Shown one piece after another: positions 19,923 through 20,000 of a stretch of DNA of 20,000 nt. The notes under the pieces were generated by a model. The model did no database searches. It was not told the origin of the DNA and saw nothing but the letters and a program-made list of their open reading frames with translations. How positions within the stretch are numbered: position 1 is the first letter of the stretch; each line of letters begins with the position of its first letter. A program made the translations under genes and the position numbers. Source of the DNA: Atractiella rhizophila. Its lineage: Eukaryota. The stretch lies in contig MU271228.1 in the NCBI GenBank assembly GCA_021432655.1, forward strand, positions 113,935 through 133,934, in the 5' to 3' direction.

Positions 19923-20000
19923 ACTATGTAAGTACCCGTAAAGGTTGCCGCTTGAAGCTACGTGCCAAGGGTGGTGGTTATAAACAAGAGCGAAGGGAGA

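Overview
Gene-dense eukaryotic DNA, most likely a fungus (probably a basidiomycete; inference from ~45-65 nt GT-AG introns, many with CTRAY-like branch points, and from gene content). By hand-splicing I reconstruct 8 genes and 1 pseudogene: (1) a 5'-truncated Ser/Pro-rich protein with a central coiled coil (Uds1-like); (2) mitochondrial isovaleryl-CoA dehydrogenase (-); (3) a DAO-family FAD oxidoreductase (+) with an unexplained frame break near 7160-7240; (4) a membrane-anchored classical SDR (-); (5) a 916-aa disordered Pro/Ser-rich protein with a C-terminal coiled coil (+); (6) a two-domain rhodanese/3-mercaptopyruvate sulfurtransferase (+) with a 744-nt intron containing a 53-bp tandem duplication; (7) an intact HGGG-type alpha/beta hydrolase (+), whose inverted pseudogenised paralog (-) has lost both the catalytic Ser and His segments through internal deletions; (8) an intron-containing alpha/beta hydrolase resembling the mainly bacterial COG4757 family (-). 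I saw no RNA genes, CRISPR arrays or recognisable transposons. No clearly novel biological system is evident. The best leads are the COG4757-like gene (possible bacterial origin), the double-deleted hydrolase paralog, the oxidoreductase frame break and the two oversized introns. Family assignments come from recalled motifs, not database searches.
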